A stretch of 39,830 nt of DNA. Source: Mesotaenium endlicherianum. Taxonomy: Eukaryota. The stretch lies in contig WELA01003517.1 in NCBI GenBank assembly GCA_009602735.1, positions 304,900 to 344,729 on the forward strand, read 5' to 3'. The translations under genes were made by a program, and so were the position numbers. Below are positions 23,701 through 35,400 of this stretch, in pieces (position 1 is the first letter of the stretch; each line of letters opens with the position of its first letter). The notes beneath the pieces were generated by a model. The model worked only from the letters and a program-made list of their open reading frames with translations. It was not told the DNA's origin and made no database searches.

Positions 23701-25605
23701 CATCCGCCTCTTCTCGCGCCGCCAGTTCCGTACCATGCAGCCGCAGCAGACGCCCGAGATGCTCCGCGTGCCTCTCCAGAGCCTCTGCCTCCAGGTCTTC
23801 CCCCTCCCTAAATCCTGGCGTGACCTAGAACCCTCCCCCTGTGCCTCCCGCCCGCCTGCCCGCTCGCCTCTTGCCTAGGTGCTGGAGTGAAGCCTCACCA
23901 CAAAGAGTGGGTTTTAAAGTACGGGATGGGAGTGGGGAAGGGGGGAGTGTGTGTGCCCGCCCTTGCCTGCCGCCCTCCCACCACTCCTTCTGCTCGCGCT
24001 TGACCTCCCAGATGCGCTTTGGGTGGCGCACTTGAGACTGTGTAGCAGGGCACGGTTTGTAGCTGCACAAGGGCAGCCTTGAGATCCTGATGCTGATGCT
24101 GATGTCGATGCTGATGCCGATGCTGATGCTGATGCTGCCGCTTCTGGCGCTCTCTGACATGAGAGTGTTCACACTTCAGGCTTGGGCAGTGCATGCACGG
24201 GTTTGAGTCCCGTATGGGATACAGTGCTCCCTCTCTTGCAGAGTGATATTTTGGAAGCAAATATTATGTGCTGGTCTGCTACGTTAGCTCCGCTGGGAGA
24301 GCAGGCGGTCCCCGTAGGCCTTTATTTGCTCAGCCTCAGCTGACAGCCTGCAAGTAATACTACTGCTATGGCTTGCCGTGCTCCCGCCAAGAGTTTCGGT
24401 TGTTGGGGAGCCCCCGGCCTCATGTCAGCAGCTGCGCTTGGACGTGCGCCTCCTCGTCCTGTGTGTCTCTGCATGTGCAGGTGAAGTCGATGCTGCCCGG
24501 CAGAGTGGAGGCCACGCTGGGGCAGGCGCTGACCCCCCCGTCGGAGCAGGCCATACGCGCCGCCGTCACCAGCCTGCAGATGCTCAGCGCCTTCGACGGG
24601 GCCCAGGAGCTCACGCCCCTGGGGTGCCACCTGGCGCGCATGCCCGTGGACGCGCGCGTGGGCAAGATGCTGCTGTTTGCGTGCATGATGCGCTGCCTGG
24701 ACCCCGTGCTCACCATCGCGGCGGCCGTGAGCGGCAAGGCCCCCTTTGTGGCCCCCATGGAGCGGCGCAGCGAGGCCAGCAGCGCGAAGCTGCGCCTGGC
24801 CGGCGCCACCAAGAGCGACCACATGGCGGTGGTGCACGCCTTCAACGGGTGGGCGCGCGCACGCGAGGGCGGGTGGCAGAGCGAGCGCGACTTCTGCGAC
24901 GCCAACTTCGTGTCGCGCGAGGCCCTCGTGGCCCTGGAGGCGACCCGCATCGACCTTGCCGGCGTGCTCGTCGACCTCGGCTTCGCGCCCGCCGAGTACT
25001 ACCAGAGCGTGTGGAGCGGCGGCAGCGCGCTCAGGAGCAGCGAGGCGCGCGCGCTGGGAGGGGGGCACGCGCTCGACGCAAACTCGGGCAGCATTCGCAT
25101 CGTCAAGGCGGCCCTGTGCGCGGGATTCTATCCCAACATCGTGCGCGTGCAGCACCCCGAGACGACGTACCAGCGCATGGAGCACGGCACGGTGGCGAAG
25201 GACGCGGCCGCGCACGAGCTGCGCTACTTCACGCGGGCCGACGGGCGCGCCTTCCTGCACCCAGGCAGCGTCAACTTTGTGGTGGGGCAGTTCGAGAGCC
25301 CCTGGCTGGTGTATGGGGAGAAAGTGAAGACGAGCAAGGTGTACATCCGCGAGAGCAGCATGGTGCCCGCGTACGGCCTGCTGCTGTTTGGGGGCGAGAT
25401 CGGCGTGAAGCACGACCGGCAGGTCATCACGGTCGACGGCTGGATGGAGTTTGAAGCGCCCGCGCGCATCGCCGTGCTCATCCGGGAGCTGAGGGCCAAG
25501 GTCGCGGAGCTGCTTGCCGAGAAGATCAAGAGCCCCGGCTTGGACATTGCGTCCAGCCCTGTGATGGCGGCTGTGGTGCGCCTGCTGACCACCGACGGCT
25601 ACTGA
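14788..25605 (+). CDS. DExH-box ATP-dependent RNA helicase, DHX57/YLR419W-like (C2H2 - dsRBD-like - UBA - RWD - DEVH/HELICc - HA2 - OB-fold)
   Basis: Exons 14788-14889, 15116-15373, 15714-15877, 16356-17760, 18338-19306, [motif Ia exon not found], 21536-21744, 22169-23047, 23560-23794, 24481-25605 (TGA). Motifs: [131 protein letters not shown]. Exon 1 is the least certain. Confidence 0.9.
19740..19980. repeat. (CCT)n/(CCCT)n polypyrimidine low-complexity tract
   Basis: Visible directly; lies between the helicase exon 5 donor and the orphan PAO exon. Confidence 0.95.
20678..21004 (+). CDS. Orphan terminal exon of a peroxisomal polyamine oxidase (PAO2/3/4-type flavin amine oxidase)
   Basis: Polypyrimidine tract and CAG acceptor at 20677, then an open frame [21 protein letters not shown]...[30 protein letters not shown]...PLQISRM*. 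This has the flavin amine oxidase C-terminal motif and a PTS1 tripeptide SRM. No upstream PAO exons are recognisable in the window. Confidence 0.85.
   Translation, partial: LHYRVSHWGTDPSSLGCYTYDRVGKAADVYDRLRAPLEPLFFAGEATSRDFPGTVHGAYATGLRAAEECRHMLAASSAFADFQLFAPASAKEIGAADAMLMPLQISRM
21390..21497. repeat. Imperfect (TG)n microsatellite upstream of a helicase acceptor
   Basis: Visible directly. Confidence 0.95.
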
Positions 25606-25985
25606 CAGGTGTATTGCTGCTTGGTGGCGGCCTCTGTACATACTGTACGATGTATGTCATAGGAAGAAGCACTGGAAATATTTTTTCTTTGGAGAGGAAG
25701 ATCCTGTAGTAGATTGACTTATCCCGCAGATATTAGGTGCGCTTTCTGAAAAAATGGCGGGACTGGTGAACTTGCTGAAGGTTTGGAGCTTGAGCAATTG
25801 CACCTACTGTGAGATGCAAGTTCCTGTAATGTGCACTGGTTGCAAAGATTGCCCCCAGCAAAACGTATTGTAAGCACATAGACACCATGGAGCAACTGAG
25901 CTTGCAGCAACCAGGCTGAGCAATTGAACATTCAAGTATGAGGAAAGTAATAAGAATATGCACGTTTGCAATATATAGGAGAACG

Positions 25986-28900
25986 TCACCTTCCCTTCGG
26001 AGCCCAAGACATTGGAGCATGTTTCTTATCTCCTACAGGGACTCCCAGAGTAGCACACAGCTTCAGAGCAGGCTGTCTGCGCTCACAGCTCTGACGCATC
26101 AGCTTCAGTCTCCGAGCAACAGCCACCTGGCGCCTCTTCACAGGCCTCTGAGGCGGCAGCTCATCCGCTAAATCTGTGCACGTGCTGATGGCCTCTCCAA
26201 TGGAGCGCACCTGCTGCGACACAACATATCCGTTGAATCGTCGCATTGCGTCCAGCAAGGCGCCCTCCCAGGGCCTGGCCAGCATGGGCGCCACGCTCTT
26301 GCCGTCTGGGCCCATGCCGTGCCAGCTGTCCAGCAGGGACCACAAGCTCCGCGTCAGGTGCATTCTGCATAGACCCTCTGACCTGCTTGCACTGGCGCTG
26401 CCGCAGCTCTGGGAGGCCTCCTGAGCTGGCTCGGGGCTGGTTCCCCCAGCTGCCTCTGCCTTTCCTGCAGCCAGGTGGGCAGAAGGCGTGGTGCACTTGC
26501 AGTGGCAACCAAGGAACCCCGCCGCGACGACGTAGCGCTCAGAGTTGCAGGCACGCGTGGTGCGCAGGCGCACCAGGCGGGCCTCTCGGTACGCGGAGCA
26601 GATGAGGTGCAACACGGTGGCCGAGGCGGCGGAGAAGCTGTCGAAGAGCTTCAGCACCATGCTGCCCCCCTCCGCCTGCTCAGCCCACACGCAGTATCGA
26701 ACTTTGCCACCAGTGAGAAGCGGGGCACGGCAGGATCGTCCTGTTGCTGTTTTAAGGGAGAGGCCCAGCCCCAACCCCAGGTAGCTCTTGAGAAGTGTCC
26801 CCCGCCTTTGAATCAGTGGACGCCGCTCTCCTCAAGACAGTCACGGGTCAGATACACTTGATGCAAGTCTGTGCTACACTGATCCCCAGCCTAAGTTTCG
26901 GCAGTCGGGCAAAAAGGAATCCGAGCTGTGCACGGGCTCCCTCCAAATCCTCCCCTGCGGGACATCGCAGGCAGAAAGGCAGACTTGTTGTCGCACATGC
27001 CACGCGACCAAACCGCTTAGCAGTTCTGTGAGTAGATTCCATCAGAGAGACTGGTGAGAAACAGTAGGCACAGGCCGGCCAGCACACAACAGGAGCAGAA
27101 CTGAGTTGCAGGCCCAGCCCAGCACAGCATGGGAGACCTCTGGGAGCGGTTCCAAGCGGGTGTCATGAGGCTCCCCGGGCCAACTGGAAGTGCCTGGCCG
27201 GCTCTCTCTATTCCCCACAAGTAGAGCGAGGAGGTGCATCAAGCATCGTGGCCCTGCCTGAATCTCCAGAGCACACAGCAGCTGGCAGAAGACGAGCCTG
27301 GCGTGCAGCGCCTCCTGGGCTCCGAAGTCAGACGACACGTCAAACGCCCCGTCAGCGGTCACCAGCTGCACGCCCCTGCCACCTGTCGCGGCCCTCACGT
27401 GGTCCCGAAACGCCCGGATGTTGTCGGGCACCATAAGATTGCCGCTGCCGTCGGCTCCAAAGTGCACGTGGCCCTCACACCCCCCCGCTCTACGCAAGCT
27501 CATGCTCTCCTCCTCACTCTGCCCGTCGAGCGAACACTCCCGCTCTAAGCCTCCGGTGCTGCATGAACGAGCTGGCGAGCTGGAGAGGTGCCATGTAGCG
27601 TCCGTGCCGGTAGCCTGAGAAGCTTCCCGGCGAGCTGCCAGACAGGCATTCAAAGCTCCCCCGCTCTTGAGTCGGCTCTCGGCCATCCCAGGAGGCCCCA
27701 CGCTCCCAATCATGCCAAGGGCCCTCTCTGCTAGAGGAGGAGGCCTGTCGGGCTTGAGGGAGATGGCAAACCATCTGTCATTGCGCTGGCCCATCTCAGG
27801 CTCCTGCGAGTGCCTCGCATCGTGCACTGTATCAGTCCCTGTTGATGCACCCGGTTCACACAGCCCCCCCAACTCCTCCTCCTCCTTCTCCTCCTCCTCC
27901 TCCTCCTCTTTGCCGCCCCCATGGCCCCTGCACAGCAACAGACCTTCTACGTCGCCGCTCCCAGAGGAATGGCCTTCCCCCCGCTCCCAGACCTTTCTTT
28001 TCCATCTTCGCAGACCAGCTTCCCCTGGTGCTGGGATTGCCTCTGTCCCAGAGCCATTCTCTTGTCGAGAAGAACCTGCTATAGCTGGAGCACCAGGGCT
28101 GCAGGAGGCGCCACCTGTCTGAAATCCAGGAGGAGCCGAAGTCCCCTCGTCCCTTGCAAGAAACACAGGAGCCTCCTCCCCCGCTGCAGGTTCTGCCTTG
28201 CCGCCCTGCCGCCCAATGAGCTGCGCTCGCCATGCTACAGTGGCCTCGACGAATCCGCCAGGTCCTTCGCACAAGTGTGCGGAATCGAAGGAGGGCGCGA
28301 ACGAGGGGGGCGGCACTAGATGGAAGACGTGGATGAGCTCAGCCATTTTGAAGAAGGCCCGGCTGAGAGGCGCCACGGCAGCCACTGTGGGGACCAGCTC
28401 GTACAGGTTCGCCTCCTGCGCTGCCAGGGACCACACATCAAGTCCCTATCCCCACCCCCACCCCCCCCAAAAAAATAATGAAGAAAAAGGGGGGAGAGAG
28501 AGAGAGCACCAGTCCCTTCAGTCTGCTTGCATCTCTCGACCCCTCTTTCCTATCATGCTCGAAGCGAGCAGTCCCTCCCTCCCGCGCTTGCTTGCGGTGT
28601 GTATCCGCTCCTGCCATCTAGGAGAGGCCAACAACCTGAGAGGGACAGAAGGAGTTCAATGAGGGCATCGCAGTGGCACTCAGGCATGTCTCCCAAGCAT
28701 CAAGTAGTAGAAGGATGCCAATCTGAGGGTCACTCCCTTCATTCCTGATGTTTTGAGACTACGATCAATTGATAGGCTTCCCCAGACCCACCTTCGCCCT
28801 GTAACTAAAACTACCTTGTCTTGGCTGCTATCCTCACTGAGCTTCTTCAGCCTAGAACTTTATGGTGTGAAGCTGATGCCTTAAGCAGGTTCTTCAGCTT

Positions 28901-29387
28901 TTCTCCGCATGTCAAGTGAAGAATGCAACTATAGGTCGTTATAATCCAGAGTGATGAGGTTCATGCATGGGCACTCAGCATGCAAGAGTGTCTCCGACGA
29001 GCTTCTTTCTTTCAGCAAGGTGGCTGGATGACCAACGACCGGCACCCATGCTTCCAGGTAGGGCAGAGGCAAGCGAGTAAAGATCTGGTGGCAAACCAGT
29101 TGGGTGCGGGCAGCCATGATGCCATACTTTGCCTCCAGGAGCTGCTGCTCACAGCTTTCTGGATCTAGCTCCACAGAGCTTCGCAAAGCCTCCTTGGACA
29201 GTCGCAGCTCGAGCACGGGAGGTGTAGGTAGCCGTGGCAGACTGACGATGCAGCAGTCTTCCATCTCTGCTGTTATGGAGCAGGTATGACCGGATTGTAT
29301 TTGGTGTGACGTTATTCAGCTGGCCAATTTGCACTTACAAGCTTGGTGAATTGTATAGTCTACAGCTTGGCGCACGTCCTGCTTCAT
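25986..29387 (-). CDS. FtsJ/RrmJ-fold cap-specific mRNA (nucleoside-2'-O)-methyltransferase-like protein (CMTR1/2 or giant-virus type)
   Basis: Confident exons 28445-27258 (GC donor) and 26675-25986. Phase-compatible candidate 5' exons: 29387-29339, 29269-29128, 28851-28815. Motifs: NLYELV, PLSRAFFKMAE, HLCEGPGGFVEA, FGADGSGNL, LVTADGAFDVSSDFGAQE, QAEGGSMVLKLFD, TTRACNSERYVV. The K-D-K-E tetrad is intact. Confidence 0.85.
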
Positions 29388-30767
29388 AACCAGTAGTGAA
29401 AGAGGAGGGAGCACTCAAACAGGGCAGCATTCCCTGGGCGCATGCCACTCAAAAACCGTATGCATTTATAGTGTACTTCCTGCTCATATCAGCCGGCCGA
29501 GCTCTGGTCTGCTATAGTACCAAACCACATTGGAATCGCGACCACCATTCGTCTGTGCATGTGTTCTGCCCCATGAGTTCTGAGTTCTTCCTCCTAAAAC
29601 TTGTGCTTGCACAATCGCCTTCAATAAGTGGAGTCAAATCTCAATAAGGAGTAAGAGTGCTCTCTAAAAAAATTACATAGGGTGCCTGCAAGGTTGTCCG
29701 AATTGTACTACATGCATGAACGGCACTAATGGTGAGGGAGCCTGTTTGCAACTATATTTATGCACGTTGAACATTGTAAAATCAAGAGCCGTTTTAGAGC
29801 AGAAATACCTTTGGGCCATTTTGTGCATTTGGGGCAGTTCGTTTTTACAAAAGTCGTCCAATGGTGACGCCAAGTTGGAATCCTTCGCAAGACCGGACAA
29901 CTTCACTCGACTCGTCGGTGCTGGTAAGGGGGCGGGTTGATATGTAAGGTGACGAAGTCAAATACGGTAATCTGTCAAACCACGCTATCGATGAAATGTG
30001 AAATGTACGTCAGCGATACGATGATAATTTTGTGAAGTGTGGTTAAGTTGGGTTAAGTGAAGTCATTAAAAACTTCGAAAATGATGCTGTCGTCTTTAGG
30101 TAAACTAATGTGTGGAAGAAACAACACGAGCCGTCTCGTTTCGGATGCTACAAGCTTCATATACACCGCGAGGTGATCGTGGGCCTGGTTCAGCATTTTA
30201 CGTCTCAACTTTGAGCCCACCTAAGAAACCAAGCGGCGGGAAAGCATCTGAAGATCGGCGGCCCAGACGATAGGACTTGAGCAGGTGTTGAGCTGGCTAA
30301 CTTGCGAACTGTCTTATCTCCACAAATAAGCCACACAAGAAGAGGCATTCCGCAGTAGCAGCTCTCTGATGAGTATCTAAAGATTGGTCCATGGCTCACT
30401 ATCTTTAGGCCAAATGAGGCCAACACCTATGACTCTAGACCTCTACATTATTTCTCGTTGAATAATACTATGCTGGTCTTAAATGAAGCTGGCTACTTCT
30501 AAAATGTACTACACCTATTGCAGCACATTAAAAAAAAATACCAGTAATCAAATAATATAGCTGTGGGAGCTCACAAAGAAGCATCTATGAGCTAATAAGA
30601 TGTCCGGCTACATCCTACAAACCACTTCAACTTAGCAAATTTGTAGGGTGAAGCAGGAGTCCTAAGCAATCTTAATGAAGCAATCTTGCTGCTCCAACTA
30701 ACTCAGACCAGCAGTGCCTTGGGTCGCCTTCATTGACATTCTGGCAAGCTCTTGAACTTCCAGTATT

Positions 30768-31938
30768 CTATCTTGGCTGAAGCCTGTGCTCGATTTTCGC
30801 TTTGCATGGCTCGGCTCCTTCATGTCCCTCAGGACAGTCTGGTGGAGCCAAATCGCACAACCGGTCAGACGAGAGACTCAGTTCTCGCTTCAGAGCATCC
30901 AAGTCTGCAGCTGCTTCCTCCCGCAATTTCCCCACTTCCTGCTGAAGAAATTGCTTCGACTCCTCTGCCGCCTCCACGAGGAACGTCAGCATTTCCTGCA
31001 TGACATGCAAGAGCGTCGAGAAGTTAGTGAAGCAAACAAAGAGGTTCACAGGTTGGGCAGGCTCAAAATGTCTTGGACAGGCCACGCCAGCAGGCTTTTT
31101 TGCCTATGCCAACTCAATCATGCATCATCTCACATTGAAGTTACAAATGAGCTCTAATGGTTAGGAACCACCTGCTGAGCTTCACGTCCAACATCGTGGC
31201 GCTGAGTTACTCCCTGGAGTCTGAAGCTCCATGGATGCTTCCTGCTACAAACTAGGTTGGCAAACAGGAACTTCCGGCCGAGCCTTCGAAGCTGGTACTG
31301 GTCTCAGGCGGCCATCGAATTTACTCCACAGTGCAGCATGGCAACTACCATGGGCTGACTACCTTAGGCTGAGACAGGAAGCCTTTGTGGATTCGCAGGT
31401 CACTGAGGACTCAGTGGTCTATTTCCTCTCACCCCACTCAGTCGCAGCGAGTAACATATGAGCAGGACTGAGCAAGTCATTGGGGGGATATATACCTTGA
31501 TCTGGTCCATGTCCCTTCTCCTGGCATGCATGCGGGGGGGCGGCTGCACCAGCACCTTCTGTCCAAAGTTCTGCAGGAGCAGTTCCGCTGTCTCCTTAGG
31601 CAACACGTCTTTTCTGAATATCTTCTTTTGCCTTGAGCCCTGGCCAAACAAAGGTGCAGCATGTCAGCTGGATGCTTTCCTTCGGATGCTCTCTTATATC
31701 ACCTCCTATCAAGAGCTTACTCGAGAATTTAGTGGCACCTCCTGCACAGCCTCTACTAGACGCTGTAAAAAGGTGCACGTTGATAACTCAACAGCTGGGC
31801 TGTGGCAACCGTCAAGTTTAAGATGGACCGTCAAATGGACAGCATCCACTGCTTCTCGTGTCAGCAGTGAGGACAACAAGCCAAACACCAAATGCCAATA
31901 CCACGGAGAAGTTGGTCGGTAGAACCAGTGTATGCATT

Positions 31939-31991
<53 letters not shown>

Positions 31992-32352
31992 AGTAGCAAT
32001 GCACTNTCCTTAGGCAACACGTCTTTTCTGAATATCTTCTTTTGCCTTGAGCCCTGGCCAAACAAAGGTGCAGCATGTCAGCTGGATGCTTTCCTTCGGA
32101 TGCTCTCTTATATCACCTCCTATCAAGAGCTTACTCGAGAATTTAGTGGCACCTCCTGCACAGCCTCTACTAGACGCTGTAAAAAGGTGCACGTTGATAA
32201 CTCAACAGCTGGGCTGTGGCAACCGTCAAGTTTAAGATGGACCGTCAAATGGACAGCATCCACTGCTTCTCGTGTCAGCAGTGAGGACAACAAGCCAAAC
32301 ACCAAATGCCAATACCACGGAGAAGTTGGTCGGTAGAACCAGTGTATGCATT

Positions 32353-32406
<54 letters not shown>

Positions 32407-35400
32407 AAGTAGCAATGCACTATAGGCGTGAATGCTCCGACTCCTCAAAACAATGAGGTCCCTGGACAGTGGTGCGTGTGCGAAAGATCGAGAAGCTGGC
32501 CGAAGCTAACGGAAGGTGAGCGAGGGGGCCTCACTCTGCGCGAGTTGGAGCGCTCGAGCACCGCAAGCAGCGTCGCGGCGTCCAGGTCGTCGCTCCGCGT
32601 CTTGAGCATCTGCTCCTCCTTCTGCTTCTCGTTGTTCGCGTCGTCGTGCTCCAGCCCCAGGATGTGCTTCGCCTTGCTCCCCAGTGTCGGGCCCTGCATT
32701 TAGTGTTTGCGCACACGTTGCCCCTTTCAGGCGTCAGTCCAGTCCCAATCAACATCAGCCCCGGACATCGTGTTATGAGAGACTCTCTATTCCGACCAAG
32801 CAAAAGAGAAGCAGCAGCAGCAGCGGCGGCGACAGCGAAGGAAGAATGTGTGCAAACTTGTAGAGGTTGGCATCCGCCCAGAGGTGCCTGCTCTCACAGG
32901 CTCCGTACAAAGAACAAACTCCTCCATGTCCTTCACCTCCTCTCAGCTATAGCTGTCAGCGGTCGGCTAGCATTGTGCAACCGCAAGCGTGAAGGAGACG
33001 GCTCCTGATTGAGGACTCTGGAGGCAGATGCTCAAGCACAGCAATGCAGGGCTGGACCCAAAGGAAGGAGCATGACGTGGCAGAGGGAGCCAGCTACTTC
33101 ATTCATATAGGGCGCCTTGCCTTCACAAATGCAAGAGGCAGGTTCACACTGCGTGACCGTTGGAGACGGGCAGGAGCAGGAGACATAAGTAGAGGCAGGC
33201 AGGCGCAGACGGGGAGAGGAGAGGAGAGGAGACCATGAGCGGCTGCTCCGTGCGATGCGCGCCCAGATCGCGCAAGTGGTGCAGCAGGTTGCGGTCCGTC
33301 TTGAAGGGCCCCATCAGTTGCCGCCCCCAGTGCCCAAACGTCAGGAACAGCTCCGTGGGCATGGTCGGGGCCGTCTCCGCATGCGCCTGCTCCTCTCATA
33401 CATCCCCCCTCCCAGCAAGGGGCAAATTTATCAAACAGATGGACAATGAGCAGATGGGTTGAGGAGCCCGGGACATGGGTGGCCCTTACCTTGCAAGGGG
33501 GGTTTATCCAGTGGCCTCCCAGTGCTCCGACGAATACACGCCGTGGTATATCATTTATAAGTATCTGATGATAATGTGCAAGATTTGCTTCATCACCTAG
33601 CAAGCAACCTAGAGCTGCCGACGTTTGGCCAGGGCACATGCGTCAGCCCCGCGGAGGCACGCAGACGTTAGCGGCAGAAGGCTCTGAGGGGGGGCGCTCT
33701 GAATCTATGACAGTCTTGGCACAGGTCCGACGCTATGGAATGCACTTCCTTAGGAACAGCAACAGCGCACAGCCAGGTGCCAGTCCAAGGGGGGAGATAT
33801 GCAGCAGGCAAGCACGCGCTTGCCTTGACTTCCATGAAGGCGTCAATGACGATAGCCACCACGAGGTTGAGGAGCACAAAGTCGACGAAGATGATGTAGG
33901 TCCAGAAGAACACCACGCCCGCCGCCAGCTCCAGCCCCTTGAGCTGCATGAGCGACTGGTTGATGTCGTCGTCTTGCAGCATCATGTAGAAGCACCCCAC
34001 CAGCGACGACGCCAGCGACCGGAACTGTTCCCTCCCCCCCCACGCACACACACGCAGGGCAAGGAGCGCAGCCACAAGACCGCTTCCGAGCTCAGCAGGC
34101 AGGGAGGCGGGCAGGTAGCGCAGCGACACAAAAGAAAAGGAGCTCTCCTATCGATTCCAAGACAGCTGGCGGGCATCAAGCCCTGCGGAAACGCGTCGGG
34201 ACGGCTTGCTGTCTCATCCGTCGGCATGAACGAGGGCTCAGTCACACCCTCCGCGATGTCACTCACTGACTGCTGGCGCTCGGCCTGCAATGGCAGATGT
34301 AGATCAATTTACACGATGACTCGCAGGGATGGCTTGCTCTGTCGAGCCGAGGGGAAGCTCTAGCAGGTAGGGAGGCAACTCCTTCTTGCAGAAGCTGACG
34401 GGAGTAGGAGGGGTGCCGCTCGGCTGGAGAGAAAGAGAAGGGGTGACCTCTATCCTGCATGGCGGCACACTCACGTTCTTCCTCAGCAAGAATTCAGGCC
34501 CCATCCCCATCCCCAGCCCCAGCATCCGCTGAACCACATTCCCCCGATACTCTTCGTCAGCGGGCGGACTGCACCTGTACAGGCAAGGTTCCCGCACTTC
34601 CTTCTAGTTTATGGAGCTGGGGGTAGGGGAGGTGTACTTGATCAATGGTGCGGCCGAACACCAGATGGCCGAAGGTGGCATAGCCGACGAACACGATGAG
34701 CCACAGGATGAAGAAGTGCAGCAGCTCGGGCGACGCCGCGGACAGCGTGCGCGTGATGATGCCCATGCGCGGCTGGAAGTCCATCAGCTTCAGGATGCGC
34801 AGCACCACAAAAAAGATGCTGCACGTTGCACGGTGTCGCGGTGGCGCACGGAACGAGCACGCAGCAAGGGAGGGGAGGTAGGTGCGCAGCACCCGTTTGT
34901 CAGCAAAGCGTGGGGTGTGGTGCCCAGGAGCACTCCTTTCTGGGAGCCTCTGGAGGCCGACACGACAGGCCTGTGAAGGACAGCACCTTACCCAATCGCA
35001 CGCCACTGCTGCCATTGGCTCCACGGAGACCCTGCCCAGCACTAGCATGCGATGGCTCCAAAGGGGAGGTGAGGAAAAAGGAGGGGGGCATGCCTGAATG
35101 CGCAATTTGCATAGCAGGGTGTAAGGCACGAGCTCCAAGGCAGAAGAGGACCGGGGATGGGGATGGGGATGGGGGCCCGGGCAGGCGGGAGGGAGGGAGG
35201 GAGGGTGCAAAGCACGCACTTGATGCCCTGGAGGCCGAAGTAAATGGAGCGGAAGCTGATCATCTCCCGCATCTGCGCAAAGCGCCGCATAGCGGTCTGA
35301 AAGCCGTCGTCCGGCTCCTTGATCTTCCAGAAGGCTGCGCGCGAGTGCAGGTCCGCGTACACGTTGTAGCGCGGCTCGATCTTGTACGGCAGCGCCTGCG

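Noticed and set aside
24322..25641. 439-aa minus-strand ORF and other long antisense ORFs over GC-rich exons
   Set aside because: Shadow ORFs caused by high GC3 on the opposite strand; no recognisable domains.
29673..29906. 77-aa minus-strand ORF upstream of the methyltransferase
   Set aside because: No recognisable motif or reliable in-frame splice path; may be 5' UTR or promoter.
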